This document shows, piece after piece, positions 9,856 to 20,110 of a DNA stretch of 63,493 bases. Under the pieces are notes generated by a model. The model searched no databases and had not been told where the DNA came from. It saw nothing but the letters and a program-made list of their open reading frames with translations. Source of the DNA: an uncultured Actinomycetota bacterium (GTDB taxonomy: Bacteria; Actinomycetota; Humimicrobiia; Humimicrobiales; Humimicrobiaceae). A program made the translations under genes and the position numbers. The stretch spans positions 1 to 63,493 of the forward strand of contig CAZLOE010000005.1 in assembly GCA_964561115.1 (NCBI GenBank). The letters run 5' to 3'. Position 1 is the first letter of the stretch. Every line of letters begins with the position of its first letter.

Positions 9856-12800
9856 GTGGGTTTGTATATAGGTTATGATATAGGATCGATAAGTGTCAAT
9901 AGGGCGATCATAGATGAAAAAGGAAAAATCGTAGAAGTCCTTCCTTACGCAAGACATCTTGGTGAACCAACAAAATTAGTAAAGAAAGATATTAAATCAA
10001 TATTCGAAAATGATAATAAGAATGATATAGCAGGTTTTGGTTTTACCGGCTCGGGAGGAAAGGAGTTTGCATCTCTTCTTGATGCTGGTTTTACCAATGA
10101 AATAGAAGCTATAGTGACTGCTGTGAAATTTTTAGACCCTGATGTAAAGACTGTGGTGGAGATCGGGGGACAGGATTCAAAATTCATAGACCTTGCATTT
10201 GGTGATTATGCCATGAACGAGTTATGCGCAGCAGGCACGGGTGCTTTTCTCGACCAACAGGCTTCCAGATTTGGCTTGACTATAGAAGAATTTGTTCGGC
10301 TGGCGCTGAAGTCAAAAACACCTTCTACTATTGCCGGCAGGTGCAGTGTCTTTGCCAAATCTGATATGATCCATCTGCAGCAGGAGGCGGCAAGTGATGA
10401 AGATATAATACTTGGCTTATGTTACGCTATGGCTAGGAGTTTTAAATCTGGGATTGCCAAGGGCAAGAAATTTATGCCGCCTATAATATTCTGCGGAGGA
10501 GTTTCTTTTAACAAAGCTATGATCAAGGCTTTTGAGGATGTACTGGGAGAGAAAATAAGGGTACCTAAACATAGAGCGTCTATAGGAGCCATAGGCACTG
10601 CGTTGAGTTTAAACTCAAAGAAGATGTCAAAGGATTTAAATGTTGACACTATAGTAGATAGGCTTGATGAACATATTAAAAATTTTAAATATAAAAGAGA
10701 GACATTTGCTCCTCTGGCTCTGGACAAATCCGATCTCCGGCCCCCAAAAACTTATCAATATATTTTCGGCGGCAAAAAAGTTGATGCCTACATCGGTATA
10801 GATGTAGGGTCAATAAGCACCAATGTTGTGGCTATAGATAAGGATAAAAAGCTGATCGAAAAATGTTATCTCCGGACATCAGGGAGGCCCATAGAAGCAG
10901 TAAGGAAAGGTATAGATATAATCAACAAAAAAGTTGGAGATAAGATCAATGTCAGAGGAGCATGTACCACAGGTTCCGGGAGATACCTCACAGGGGATTT
11001 TGTCGGTGCTGATATGGTAATAAATGAGATAACTGCTCAGGCAACGGCAGCAGCTGATATTGACAGCTCGGTTGATACTATTTTTGAGATCGGCGGTCAG
11101 GATTCAAAATTTATATCCCTGGAAGGCGGCGTGGTAGTTGATTTTGAGATGAACAAAGTCTGTGCCGCAGGGACCGGTTCTTTCCTGGAGGAACAGGCTG
11201 AGAGATTTAATATAAAAATAGAAGAATTCGGCGATATAGCACTGAGAGCGAAGAACCCTTTAAATCTTGGAGAGCGCTGCACGGTTTTTATGGAGACCAA
11301 TGTTTATTCCCATTATCAAAAAGGCGCAAGCATCGAGGATGTTCTGGCCGGCCTTGCTTATTCTATTGCCATGAATTATATCAACCGGGTGGTGGGAAGA
11401 AAAAAGATTGGCAGTAAGATTTTTTTCCAGGGTGCGGTGGCTTTTAATAGATCAGTAATAGCTGCCTTTAAAAATTATCTGGGCAAGGAAGTAATCGTAC
11501 CTGAAAATAATGAAGTGACCGGAGCGATAGGGGCAGCGATAAGAGTACTTAAAAGTACTCCTAAAAAAACAAAGTTCAGGGGATTTAAAAATATATCAGA
11601 GGTAAGTTACTCTCAAAGCTCTTTTGAGTGCAAGGGTTGTTCAAATAGATGCGATATTAAGAAAATTTCTATTAAGGGCAGGTCTCCGTTATTTTATGGC
11701 GGAAGATGCGAAAGATATGAGAAAAGGGATTCTGTGACCAGCGAGATCCCTGACTATTTTGCCGAGCGGGAAAATCTTCTTTTAAATTGTTATAAGGGTA
11801 AGAAAAACAAGGGAGCAAAAAAGGTCGGTATACCTTATTCTATGCTTACTCATGAATTTTATCCCTTCTGGAACGCATTCTTTACCGAGCTGGGTTTTGA
11901 TTTTATCCTATCGGATAAGACTAATAAGAAGATAATCAATGATGGAGTCCAGAGCGCGGTAGCGGAAACATGTTTTCCTATGAAGACCACGCTGGGACAT
12001 GTTAAAAACCTTTTGGAAAAAGGAGTAGATTACCTGTTTTTGCCCACGACCAGGGATATGCCTACCAAGGAAAAAAATATTAAAGGTGACAGGACCGGAA
12101 GTTATCCCTGTCCTTTTATCCAGGGCACCTGGTCGATTGTAAAGTCTGCCGTAGATACAGGAGATGTAAAGGTGCTCACACCTATTGTTAATTTCAGCTT
12201 TAAGGAATATGCAAAGGAGAAGCAGTTGACCAGGCTGGGAAAAGACCTGGGGAAGGATAGGAGATCGATAAAAAGGGCAATAAACGAGGCTTATTCTGCC
12301 CAGAATAAATTTTATTCATCGGTTAAGAAAAGAGGGAAAGAAATACTTAAAAACCTGAAAGATGATGAAATGGCAATGGTCATAGTCAGTAGATCATATA
12401 ATAGCTGTGACAGGGCTATAAGCATGGATGTTCCAAAGAAATTAAGAGAACTTGGTTTTAAAGTGATCCCACTCGATTATCTGCCTGTCGACTCAGTGGA
12501 CCTTTCAGAAGAATGGCCAAATCTGTACTGGGAATTTGGGGATAGGATCATGAGCGCAGCGCAGTTGATCAATAAGGACAGCAGGCTGTACCCGGTTTAT
12601 ATTACTAATTTTGGCTGTGGTCCTGACTCTTTTATTCTTCAATATTTTGAGAGGGAAATGAACAAGCCGTTTTTAAAACTGGAAGTAGATGAACACTCCG
12701 CTGGTGCAGGAGTAATAACCAGATGTGAAGCGTTTATAGATTCATTGAACAATATAAGGCATAAAAAAGATATTAGATCAGATCATATAAAGCCCAGCAA

Positions 12801-14139
12801 AAAGGATGTCGTTTTTAAGAAAAACCAGGGAAGGGTCATATATATACCCTATATGGGTGATGGTGCCGTGGTCCTTAAGTCGGCATTCAAGTCTGTTGGA
12901 ATTGAAGCAGAGATGCTTTATTCAGATGATGAGACACTTGAACTGGGAAGAAAATATACCATGGGAAAGGAATGTTATCCTTTTATCATAACCACCGGCG
13001 ATATTATTAAAACACTAAGACATAACGACCCCAAAAAGGTAGCCTTCCTGATGCCCCAGACCTACGGGCCCTGCCGCTTTGGTCAGTATAATAAAATGCA
13101 GAAAATAATAATAAAAGAATTGGGGTATGATGATGTGCCTATTATTGCTCCCGGTGCTCCGGAAGTCGGTCAATTCTACCGTGAATATGATATGCAGGGG
13201 CTAAAAGGGGTTTCAATGCTGGTGAAAGCCATGTTTGGTATTTTTACTGTAGATTATCTTAATAAAATGCTGAGGCAGACAAGACCTTATGAATTAGAAA
13301 AAGGGAAGGCAGATAAGATTTACAATCAATATATAGAAGACGTGTGTCAGTGTGTAGAAAATGATCTACTTATAGTGACGCTTAACAGAATGGTCAAAAT
13401 TTTAAAAAATGCCAGGGAAGGTTTTGAGAATATACCAGTAAGTAAGACAGACAAGCCACTGGTTGGTATAGTGGGTGAGATATTTGTCAGGAATCACCCT
13501 TACAGCAACAATGAGATCATAAAAAAAGTTGAAGAACAGGGAGGAGAAGTAGAGTTTCCTTCATTTGGAGAATGGCCCTATCATACTACTGCTACCAGGA
13601 GGTTGGATATTTTAACCAAGCAGACCGACCTGTATTATAAGATCATAAGATCATTTAGTATCAATGGTAATAAGGCAGGAAACGGCAATATTCATGGAAG
13701 GTTAGCTGAACTTACAGGCGATTTTACAAGGGGAATAGGATTCTATATAGCAAATAGGATTCTAAATAGATATTTGGAACACTGTCATCATAGATTGGAA
13801 AAACCCTTGAAAGGTTTCTTGCGGGAAGATAAGGAAACTGACATTTATAAGATCTGGGACAATGCCGAACCTTATATAATCAAATGGTTTGGGGAGTCGG
13901 CCTTAAGCATCGGCAAATCAGTTCACTGGATTGAAAAAGGCGCCCATGGGATTATAAATGTGCTGCCCTTTACCTGTATCCCCGGGAATCTTGTTAGTGC
14001 CGTTTCAAAGAGGATCAGAGAAAAGTATAAAATACCCTGGCTGAATATCGCATTTGATGGCCTGGAACAGGGTACTACTGAGACCCGTCTGGAGGCATTT
14101 ATGTATCAGGCCAGGGAATATATGAAAAACAAAAAATAA
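9856..14139 (+). CDS. Fused CoA-activase/reductase (2x BadF/BcrAD ATPase + DUF2229-type domains); PlsA/PlsR-Ger-like ether-lipid reductase candidate
   Basis: Two D(I/V)GS..EIGGQDSK..CAAGTG ATPase modules, CxGCxNxC, CFPMK, FGCGPD, DEHS, KECYP, GPCRFGQY, PFTCIPG. Confidence 0.85.
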   Translation: MGLYIGYDIGSISVNRAIIDEKGKIVEVLPYARHLGEPTKLVKKDIKSIFENDNKNDIAGFGFTGSGGKEFASLLDAGFTNEIEAIVTAVKFLDPDVKTVVEIGGQDSKFIDLAFGDYAMNELCAAGTGAFLDQQASRFGLTIEEFVRLALKSKTPSTIAGRCSVFAKSDMIHLQQEAASDEDIILGLCYAMARSFKSGIAKGKKFMPPIIFCGGVSFNKAMIKAFEDVLGEKIRVPKHRASIGAIGTALSLNSKKMSKDLNVDTIVDRLDEHIKNFKYKRETFAPLALDKSDLRPPKTYQYIFGGKKVDAYIGIDVGSISTNVVAIDKDKKLIEKCYLRTSGRPIEAVRKGIDIINKKVGDKINVRGACTTGSGRYLTGDFVGADMVINEITAQATAAADIDSSVDTIFEIGGQDSKFISLEGGVVVDFEMNKVCAAGTGSFLEEQAERFNIKIEEFGDIALRAKNPLNLGERCTVFMETNVYSHYQKGASIEDVLAGLAYSIAMNYINRVVGRKKIGSKIFFQGAVAFNRSVIAAFKNYLGKEVIVPENNEVTGAIGAAIRVLKSTPKKTKFRGFKNISEVSYSQSSFECKGCSNRCDIKKISIKGRSPLFYGGRCERYEKRDSVTSEIPDYFAERENLLLNCYKGKKNKGAKKVGIPYSMLTHEFYPFWNAFFTELGFDFILSDKTNKKIINDGVQSAVAETCFPMKTTLGHVKNLLEKGVDYLFLPTTRDMPTKEKNIKGDRTGSYPCPFIQGTWSIVKSAVDTGDVKVLTPIVNFSFKEYAKEKQLTRLGKDLGKDRRSIKRAINEAYSAQNKFYSSVKKRGKEILKNLKDDEMAMVIVSRSYNSCDRAISMDVPKKLRELGFKVIPLDYLPVDSVDLSEEWPNLYWEFGDRIMSAAQLINKDSRLYPVYITNFGCGPDSFILQYFEREMNKPFLKLEVDEHSAGAGVITRCEAFIDSLNNIRHKKDIRSDHIKPSKKDVVFKKNQGRVIYIPYMGDGAVVLKSAFKSVGIEAEMLYSDDETLELGRKYTMGKECYPFIITTGDIIKTLRHNDPKKVAFLMPQTYGPCRFGQYNKMQKIIIKELGYDDVPIIAPGAPEVGQFYREYDMQGLKGVSMLVKAMFGIFTVDYLNKMLRQTRPYELEKGKADKIYNQYIEDVCQCVENDLLIVTLNRMVKILKNAREGFENIPVSKTDKPLVGIVGEIFVRNHPYSNNEIIKKVEEQGGEVEFPSFGEWPYHTTATRRLDILTKQTDLYYKIIRSFSINGNKAGNGNIHGRLAELTGDFTRGIGFYIANRILNRYLEHCHHRLEKPLKGFLREDKETDIYKIWDNAEPYIIKWFGESALSIGKSVHWIEKGAHGIINVLPFTCIPGNLVSAVSKRIREKYKIPWLNIAFDGLEQGTTETRLEAFMYQAREYMKNKK

Positions 14140-14271
14140 GAAGTCCGGATCTTCGAGTCCTATTTAATCCCATACCGCTTATCAGGTCAAAATATTTTAC
14201 ATTCAGTTTTAAAATTTCTTTTATTAAGATATTATTAAATATATTTTATTAAAAGAAAGATAAATTGAGCT

Positions 14272-14895
14272 ATGAAAAAAAGTCTTTTTATAACATTTGA
14301 AGGTCTTGACGGCTCGGGAAAGACCACCCAGATAAAGCTTCTTTATGATTACTTAAAGGAAAAAGGTCTTGATGTCGTTACCGCTGTTGAACCAGGCGGT
14401 ACAGCGATAGGCAGAAAGATCAGAAAGATCCTTCTGGACAAATATAATCATGAGATGTCTTATAAAGCTGAGACCTTTCTTTTCCTTGCTTCCAGGGCGG
14501 AACTTGTATCAAAGGTAATATCACCGGCTTTAAGTAAAGGCAGGACCGTGATATGCGACAGATTTTTTGATTCAACAATAGTATATCAGGGCATAGCCAG
14601 GGGCCTGGGCATAGATAAGATTTTAGATATGAGTCTCTGGGCTACCGGCGGGATAGTGCCGGATATAACTTTTTTACTGTCGATCAAGGCAGATAAAGGC
14701 AAAAAAAGGATGGACAGCGCAAGTAAAAAAAGAGACCGGATGGAACTTGAAAAAGATAACTTCAGGAAAAAAGTTTACCAGGGTTATCTAAACATTGCCG
14801 GAAAATACAAAGACAGGTTCGTGGTAATTGACGGTGAAAAGAAAATAGAAGATATATTTGAAGAAGTAAAAAGAAGAGTGGAACAGTATTTATGA
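14272..14895 (+). CDS. tmk: Thymidylate kinase
   Basis: FEGLDGSGKTTQ P-loop, EPGGT, CDRFFDS..YQG. Confidence 0.97.
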   Translation: MKKSLFITFEGLDGSGKTTQIKLLYDYLKEKGLDVVTAVEPGGTAIGRKIRKILLDKYNHEMSYKAETFLFLASRAELVSKVISPALSKGRTVICDRFFDSTIVYQGIARGLGIDKILDMSLWATGGIVPDITFLLSIKADKGKKRMDSASKKRDRMELEKDNFRKKVYQGYLNIAGKYKDRFVVIDGEKKIEDIFEEVKRRVEQYL

Positions 14896-14903
14896 GATAA
14901 AAA

Positions 14904-15971
14904 ATGAAATTGTTTGAAAATATAGATTTTTTGACCAAGGACAGTATCAACCAGTCAAATATAAAATTGCTTTCGGGAATGATAGAAAAGGGCAACGTTT
15001 CGCATGCATATCTTTTCAGCGGAAATAATATGAAGCTCCTGGCCAGGCTGGCACTGATATTTGCCGCTTCCATCAATTGTCCTGACAGAGGATGCGGGGA
15101 TTGTATCATATGCAGGAATACCCTCAGCGGTGTTTACCCCAATGTTTTGATTGTAGAGCCGGAGGGGAGGATTTTAATAATAGAAGAAATAGCTAAACTT
15201 CAGAGATTTATGAACCTGACCTCATACAACCCCGGTAAAAAGATATGTATTATCAAGGAATCTGAGTTCATGAATTCGGCTGCGGCCAACAGGCTTCTCA
15301 AGACCCTGGAAGACCCTCCTGATGAAGACAGTATTTTTATACTGCTTACGGAAGACATCTCAATGCTGCTGCCCACGGTAGTCTCAAGATGCCTGGTCTA
15401 CAGCTGGAATTTCAAATTTATTGAGGAGTCGCCGGAAAGGGCCGATTTTGAGATCATTGAGAAGTATCTGGATGAAGGAATAAAAAATATAATAATGCAG
15501 AAAGAAGATGCAGGCCAGCCTTATACGGCTTCTCTTGATCTGACTTTAAAATTGGTTGAAATACTTAAAAAAGTAGAAGCTGCCGTTAAAGCGGACCAGG
15601 AAAAGGAAATCAGTGAAATAAAGAGAAGCGATTTTGACAGGGGTGACATCAACAGATATATTGAGATTTTGAAATTAAGGAACAGGAGAAAGATCAGTAA
15701 ATTTCATAATTTGGGTATGAGTAGAGTTTTTGATATAATATCTGCCTGGCTTGAAGACATTCTGGCAGTAAAGCTGGGAGCGATAGAGAAGACAATGAAT
15801 TTCTCAAAGAATTATTCTTTTATAAGCGGTAAGAATAAAAATGTAAAAACAGATAGAATTTTTAAATTGATAAAGGTCATTGAAGGAAATAAAAATTATC
15901 TTAGCTATTCTGTCAACTCTGAGCTGGCTCTGGATAATATTTTCCTTCAACTTCAGAATATATACGGATAA
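14904..15971 (+). CDS. holB: DNA polymerase III delta' subunit
   Basis: SHAYLF, CxxxxCGxCxxC Zn module, AANRLLKTLEDPP, LPTVVSRC; follows tmk. Confidence 0.9.
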   Translation: MKLFENIDFLTKDSINQSNIKLLSGMIEKGNVSHAYLFSGNNMKLLARLALIFAASINCPDRGCGDCIICRNTLSGVYPNVLIVEPEGRILIIEEIAKLQRFMNLTSYNPGKKICIIKESEFMNSAAANRLLKTLEDPPDEDSIFILLTEDISMLLPTVVSRCLVYSWNFKFIEESPERADFEIIEKYLDEGIKNIIMQKEDAGQPYTASLDLTLKLVEILKKVEAAVKADQEKEISEIKRSDFDRGDINRYIEILKLRNRRKISKFHNLGMSRVFDIISAWLEDILAVKLGAIEKTMNFSKNYSFISGKNKNVKTDRIFKLIKVIEGNKNYLSYSVNSELALDNIFLQLQNIYG

Positions 15972-15983
15972 GAGGTGTATCCA

Positions 15984-16883
15984 ATGTCTACAATTGTTGG
16001 AATATTGTTTAGGGGAAATAATATGGTGCATTATTATGATCCTGCCGGGATCACTATGGCTGTGGGAGATAAAGTCATATGCCATATAGATGAAGGCAAG
16101 GAGATGGGAGAAGTAGTAGTGCATCCTATTGATATAAGCGAAAGTGATATCACCACTCCCTTGAACAGGGTTATAAGGAAAGCTACATATTATGATCTTT
16201 CGGTCGATGAAATAAATAAGAAAAAGGAAGATAAGGGATTCAAGAAATTTAATCAGCTTGCCAGGAAGTATAAACTTAAAATGAAGCTGGTAAATGTTCA
16301 TGTGATGTTTGATAAGAGTAAGATGATATTTTACTTTACCTCGGAAAAAAGGGTGGACTTCAGGGAAATGGTAAAGGAACTTGCCACATATTTTAAAATC
16401 AGGATAGAACTCAGGCAGATCGGGGTCAGAGATGAGGCAAAAATGGTTGGAGGATTGGGCCCTTGCGGGATGAATCTATGCTGTAAAAGTTTTTTGACTG
16501 ATTTTGAATCAATCTCAATAAAAATGGCCAAGGATCAGAATCTTCCATTGAATCCTTTTAAGATATCAGGAATATGCGGGAGACTTATGTGCTGTCTAAA
16601 GTATGAGTATGATTCATATAAAAAATTTATTGATAAGGCACCAGATTTAGGTATAAAGGTCAAATGCAGTCACGGCTCCGGCGGGGTCTGCGGTTATGAA
16701 CCCTTAAAGGAGTCTATAATTGTAGAATTTGACAATGATAGCAGGAAATCTGTCCCGCTTTCAGAAGTCGAAGTCACAAAGGAAAGGTTTGAGATAAAGC
16801 AGGACGCCGGCAGTATTACTAAAACAGCAGACAGCAGCAAAGAAAAGAAGCAGCAGAAGCAGAAGAAAAAGAAGAAAGCTTAA
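15984..16883 (+). CDS. ricT: PSP1-domain protein RicT/YaaT
   Basis: RVDFRE, RIELRQIGVRDEAK, GPCG..LCC, KISGICGRLMCCLKYE; ATG at 15984 after GAGGTG. Confidence 0.9.
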   Translation: MSTIVGILFRGNNMVHYYDPAGITMAVGDKVICHIDEGKEMGEVVVHPIDISESDITTPLNRVIRKATYYDLSVDEINKKKEDKGFKKFNQLARKYKLKMKLVNVHVMFDKSKMIFYFTSEKRVDFREMVKELATYFKIRIELRQIGVRDEAKMVGGLGPCGMNLCCKSFLTDFESISIKMAKDQNLPLNPFKISGICGRLMCCLKYEYDSYKKFIDKAPDLGIKVKCSHGSGGVCGYEPLKESIIVEFDNDSRKSVPLSEVEVTKERFEIKQDAGSITKTADSSKEKKQQKQKKKKKA

Positions 16884-16906
16884 GCTGCCCTATTTTAAAT
16901 CGACCA

Positions 16907-16982
16907 GCCGATGTAGCTCAACTGGTAGAGCAGCTCATTCGTAATGAGCAGGTTACCGGTTCAAGTCCGGTCGTCGGCTCCA
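16907..16982 (+). tRNA. tRNA-Thr (anticodon CGT), CCA encoded
   Basis: GCCGATG/CGTCGGC acceptor, GCTC/GAGC D-stem, GCTCA-TTCGTAA-TGAGC anticodon arm, ACCGG-TTCAAGT-CCGGT T-arm; 76 nt. Confidence 0.97.
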
Positions 16983-16997
16983 GCGAAAGGAAAACTA

Positions 16998-18695
16998 TTG
17001 GTAATAAATGAACTTAAAGAAAAGGTATACGGCTATGTCAACAGCTTAAAGGGAGTCAAGGCGGAGGATCTTGACAATCTGACCATTGAAGAGCCCAAAA
17101 ATAAAAAATTTGGGGATCTTTCGACTAATGCTGCCATGGTACTGGCGCCGGTACTGAAAAAAAATCCGATGGATATTGCCGAAAAGTTTAAAGCTGAAGT
17201 CATTTCCGGCTGGGACCAGGTAGAGGACATAAATATAGTAAAGCCGGGATTTATTAATTTTAATTTAAAGGAAAAGTTCATAAAAAAAGCCCTTGCAGAA
17301 ATTATAAAAAAAGGTGAAAAATACGGATTCAATAACAGCGGCAGGGGGAAAAGTATCCATTTTGACTATGTAAGCTCCAATCCGACAGGCGATCTTCATA
17401 TAGGGCACGGAAGATGGGGGGCGCTGGGTGACAGTCTGGCAAATGTTTATTCTGCAAACGGTTATAAGGTATTCAGGGAATATTACGTTAATGACTACGG
17501 GAGCCAGGCCGAAAAATTTGCCAGTTGTGCCAGGTGTATTTATTTGAGGCATTTTGGCAGGAATGTAGGGTACCCTGAAGACGGATATCCCGAGGAAGTA
17601 GTGTCCATAGCTGCTGAGAGGTTGATAAATAGGTTTGGTGATAGATTTATAGTAGTAAAAGACGGTAAAAAAGATATAAAGGCAGGTCCTTTTAAAAAAG
17701 AAGTCATAAGAATAATGGTGTCTTATATCGGCGAAACTTTGTCTTTGATGGGTGTAGAGTATGACCGCTGGTTTTATGAAAGCTGCCTGTATAAAGATTC
17801 AAACTTTGAAAGGCTGATCTCCGACCTAAAAGAAAAAGATACGGTTTATAAAAAGGACGGAGCATTATGGTTTAAGGCTTCCAAGTATGTAGATGACAAA
17901 GACAGGGTAGTGGTGAGAAAAGACGGGAATCCCACTTACTTTGCTTCCGATATACTATATATGATAGATAAAATAAAGAGGGGTTTTGACCGGCTTTTCT
18001 ATATCCTGGGTGCAGACCATCACGGTTATGTCGACCGGTTAATGGCAATTGGAAAATTATTCGGCTTAAAAGATGACAGGATAGTGGTGATAATCGGGCA
18101 GATGGTAAAATTAACTGATAAGGGAAGGTCATTAAAGATGTCCAGGAGGAAAGGCATGCTTTACCCTTTAAGGGACTTGATTAAAGAAGTAGGGAAAGAT
18201 GCAGTAAGGTACTTTTTCAGTATGAATTCTTTTGATACGCCCATGGAATTTGACGTGGATCTTGCCAGGCAGAAAACAAACCAGAACCCGGTCTATTACG
18301 TCCAGTATGCCCATGCCAGGATTGAAAGTATTATTAAAAACATAAGGGAGAAAAGCCCGGGTAATCTGGATGTAGATAAGTATGATCTCAATGCTGCCGA
18401 TGCGTCAAAGATAAAGTTTAAAAATAAAGATGAAAAGCAGCTGGCAAAGACCATGATATTGTATCCTGATTTGATTTACAACAGCTGCAGGAACAATGCT
18501 CCGCATCTTATGACACAATATTTATACCGTCTGGCGTCAGAATTTCATTATTTTTATAATAATCACAGGGTAATAAATGAGGAAAAAGATGGAGCAGCAG
18601 TAGACCTCGACAGGTTCATCTTGATCCTGCTGGTAAGAAGTGTGCTTAAGAATGCCTTGAAGATTCTTAATATTGATGCTCCGGAAAAGATGTAA
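16998..18695 (+). CDS. argS: Arginine--tRNA ligase
   Basis: NPTGDLHIGH, GADHHGY, KMSRRKG, YVQYAHAR; TTG start after AAGGA (the ORF-track ATG at 16944 lies inside the tRNA). Confidence 0.96.
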   Translation: MVINELKEKVYGYVNSLKGVKAEDLDNLTIEEPKNKKFGDLSTNAAMVLAPVLKKNPMDIAEKFKAEVISGWDQVEDINIVKPGFINFNLKEKFIKKALAEIIKKGEKYGFNNSGRGKSIHFDYVSSNPTGDLHIGHGRWGALGDSLANVYSANGYKVFREYYVNDYGSQAEKFASCARCIYLRHFGRNVGYPEDGYPEEVVSIAAERLINRFGDRFIVVKDGKKDIKAGPFKKEVIRIMVSYIGETLSLMGVEYDRWFYESCLYKDSNFERLISDLKEKDTVYKKDGALWFKASKYVDDKDRVVVRKDGNPTYFASDILYMIDKIKRGFDRLFYILGADHHGYVDRLMAIGKLFGLKDDRIVVIIGQMVKLTDKGRSLKMSRRKGMLYPLRDLIKEVGKDAVRYFFSMNSFDTPMEFDVDLARQKTNQNPVYYVQYAHARIESIIKNIREKSPGNLDVDKYDLNAADASKIKFKNKDEKQLAKTMILYPDLIYNSCRNNAPHLMTQYLYRLASEFHYFYNNHRVINEEKDGAAVDLDRFILILLVRSVLKNALKILNIDAPEKM

Positions 18696-18775
18696 AAAAG
18701 TCTGGATTTATATTTGATTAATCATATAATCTTGTTACAGTAATCAAACTTTAAATACTGGGGAAGGATAAAAAA

Positions 18776-20110
18776 ATGTTACTGCCGGTCACTTCAGAGG
18801 TAAATGAAAAGGGACACCTGGTCATAGGCGGAGTCGATGTCCTTGAGCTAAAAGAAAAATACGGTACGCCGTTGTATATTTTGGATATTGCCACCATTAA
18901 AAACCAGTGCCGGAGCTACAGGGAAAGTTTTAATTTACCTGATCTGGAAACTGAGATAATTTACGCTGCCAAGGCATTTACATGCACAGCTATGTGCCAG
19001 CTTATGGATAGATTAGGTCTGGGTCTGGACGTATGGACCGGTGGAGAGCTTTTTATTGTACTAAACAGCGGTTTTCCTGCTGGTGAGATATATTTTCATG
19101 GTGCCAACAAGTCCCGCAGTGAGATCGAATACGGGCTTGATAGCAAGGTGGGCTACTTTATGGTGGACAATACTAGTGAACTTGAGTCACTGGAAGAGTC
19201 ATGCAGAAAGAAAAATATAAAGCAGAAAATGATGTTGAGGATAAATCCCGGGGTCGATGCCCATACCCATAAATATATACAGACCGGGTCGATAGGCTCA
19301 AAATTCGGACTTGGCCTGGACAATGGCGCAGCCTTTGAAGCGGTAGAAAAAGCAGGCAGGAGCGCACATCTGGAACTTATGGGGATACATGCCCATATAG
19401 GTTCACAGATATTTAATCTGTCCTGTTATGACAAGTTAATAGAAATAATGCTTAAGTTTTTAAAAGAAGTCAAAGAAAAGCTGAGAGTGTCAATAACCAG
19501 GGTAAATATAGGCGGAGGACTGGGAGTAAATTATTTACCTGAAGACAAGGCCCCAGGCATAGTGGATCTGGCTAAGATAGTCTATGATGCAGCCAGAAAA
19601 TACCAAAAGAAATTTGGAGTAAAACTGGATGGGCTGTATCTGGAGCCGGGAAGGTCCGTTATTGGAAATGCAGTAGTTACACTGTACGAAGTCGGAGTAG
19701 TCAAGGAAATAAAGGGAGTAAAAAATTATATTTTAATAGACGGAGGCATGTCTGATAATATTAGACCTATGCTGTATCAGGCAAAATATAATGCCCATCT
19801 GGCAAACAGGATGAATGACAGCCAGAACACTGATCAAAGTAAGATGAAATATTATTCCATAGTGGGAAAGCACTGTGAGAGCGGGGATGTGATAATAGAC
19901 CGTATAAAATTGCCGCCTGTATCAAGCGGGGATTTTATAGCGGTATCGACCACCGGCGCTTACGGATATTCTATGGCAAATAATTACAACAGTCAGCCAA
20001 AAAATGCAGTTGTCGCAGTTGAAGACGGAAAGAGCTGGATTTGGATAAAGAGGCAGACTTATAAAGACTTAGTGATTGGAGATGTAAAATTATATGAAAG
20101 TGGAAAATAA
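18776..20110 (+). CDS. lysA: Diaminopimelate decarboxylase
   Basis: YAAKAF PLP lysine, HIGSQ, EPGRS, CESGD, GAYG..M..NYN. Confidence 0.96.
   Translation: MLLPVTSEVNEKGHLVIGGVDVLELKEKYGTPLYILDIATIKNQCRSYRESFNLPDLETEIIYAAKAFTCTAMCQLMDRLGLGLDVWTGGELFIVLNSGFPAGEIYFHGANKSRSEIEYGLDSKVGYFMVDNTSELESLEESCRKKNIKQKMMLRINPGVDAHTHKYIQTGSIGSKFGLGLDNGAAFEAVEKAGRSAHLELMGIHAHIGSQIFNLSCYDKLIEIMLKFLKEVKEKLRVSITRVNIGGGLGVNYLPEDKAPGIVDLAKIVYDAARKYQKKFGVKLDGLYLEPGRSVIGNAVVTLYEVGVVKEIKGVKNYILIDGGMSDNIRPMLYQAKYNAHLANRMNDSQNTDQSKMKYYSIVGKHCESGDVIIDRIKLPPVSSGDFIAVSTTGAYGYSMANNYNSQPKNAVVAVEDGKSWIWIKRQTYKDLVIGDVKLYESGK

Noticed and set aside
16944-16997. ORF-track N-terminal extension of ArgS
   Set aside because: Lies inside tRNA-Thr; the TTG at 16998 has a proper SD
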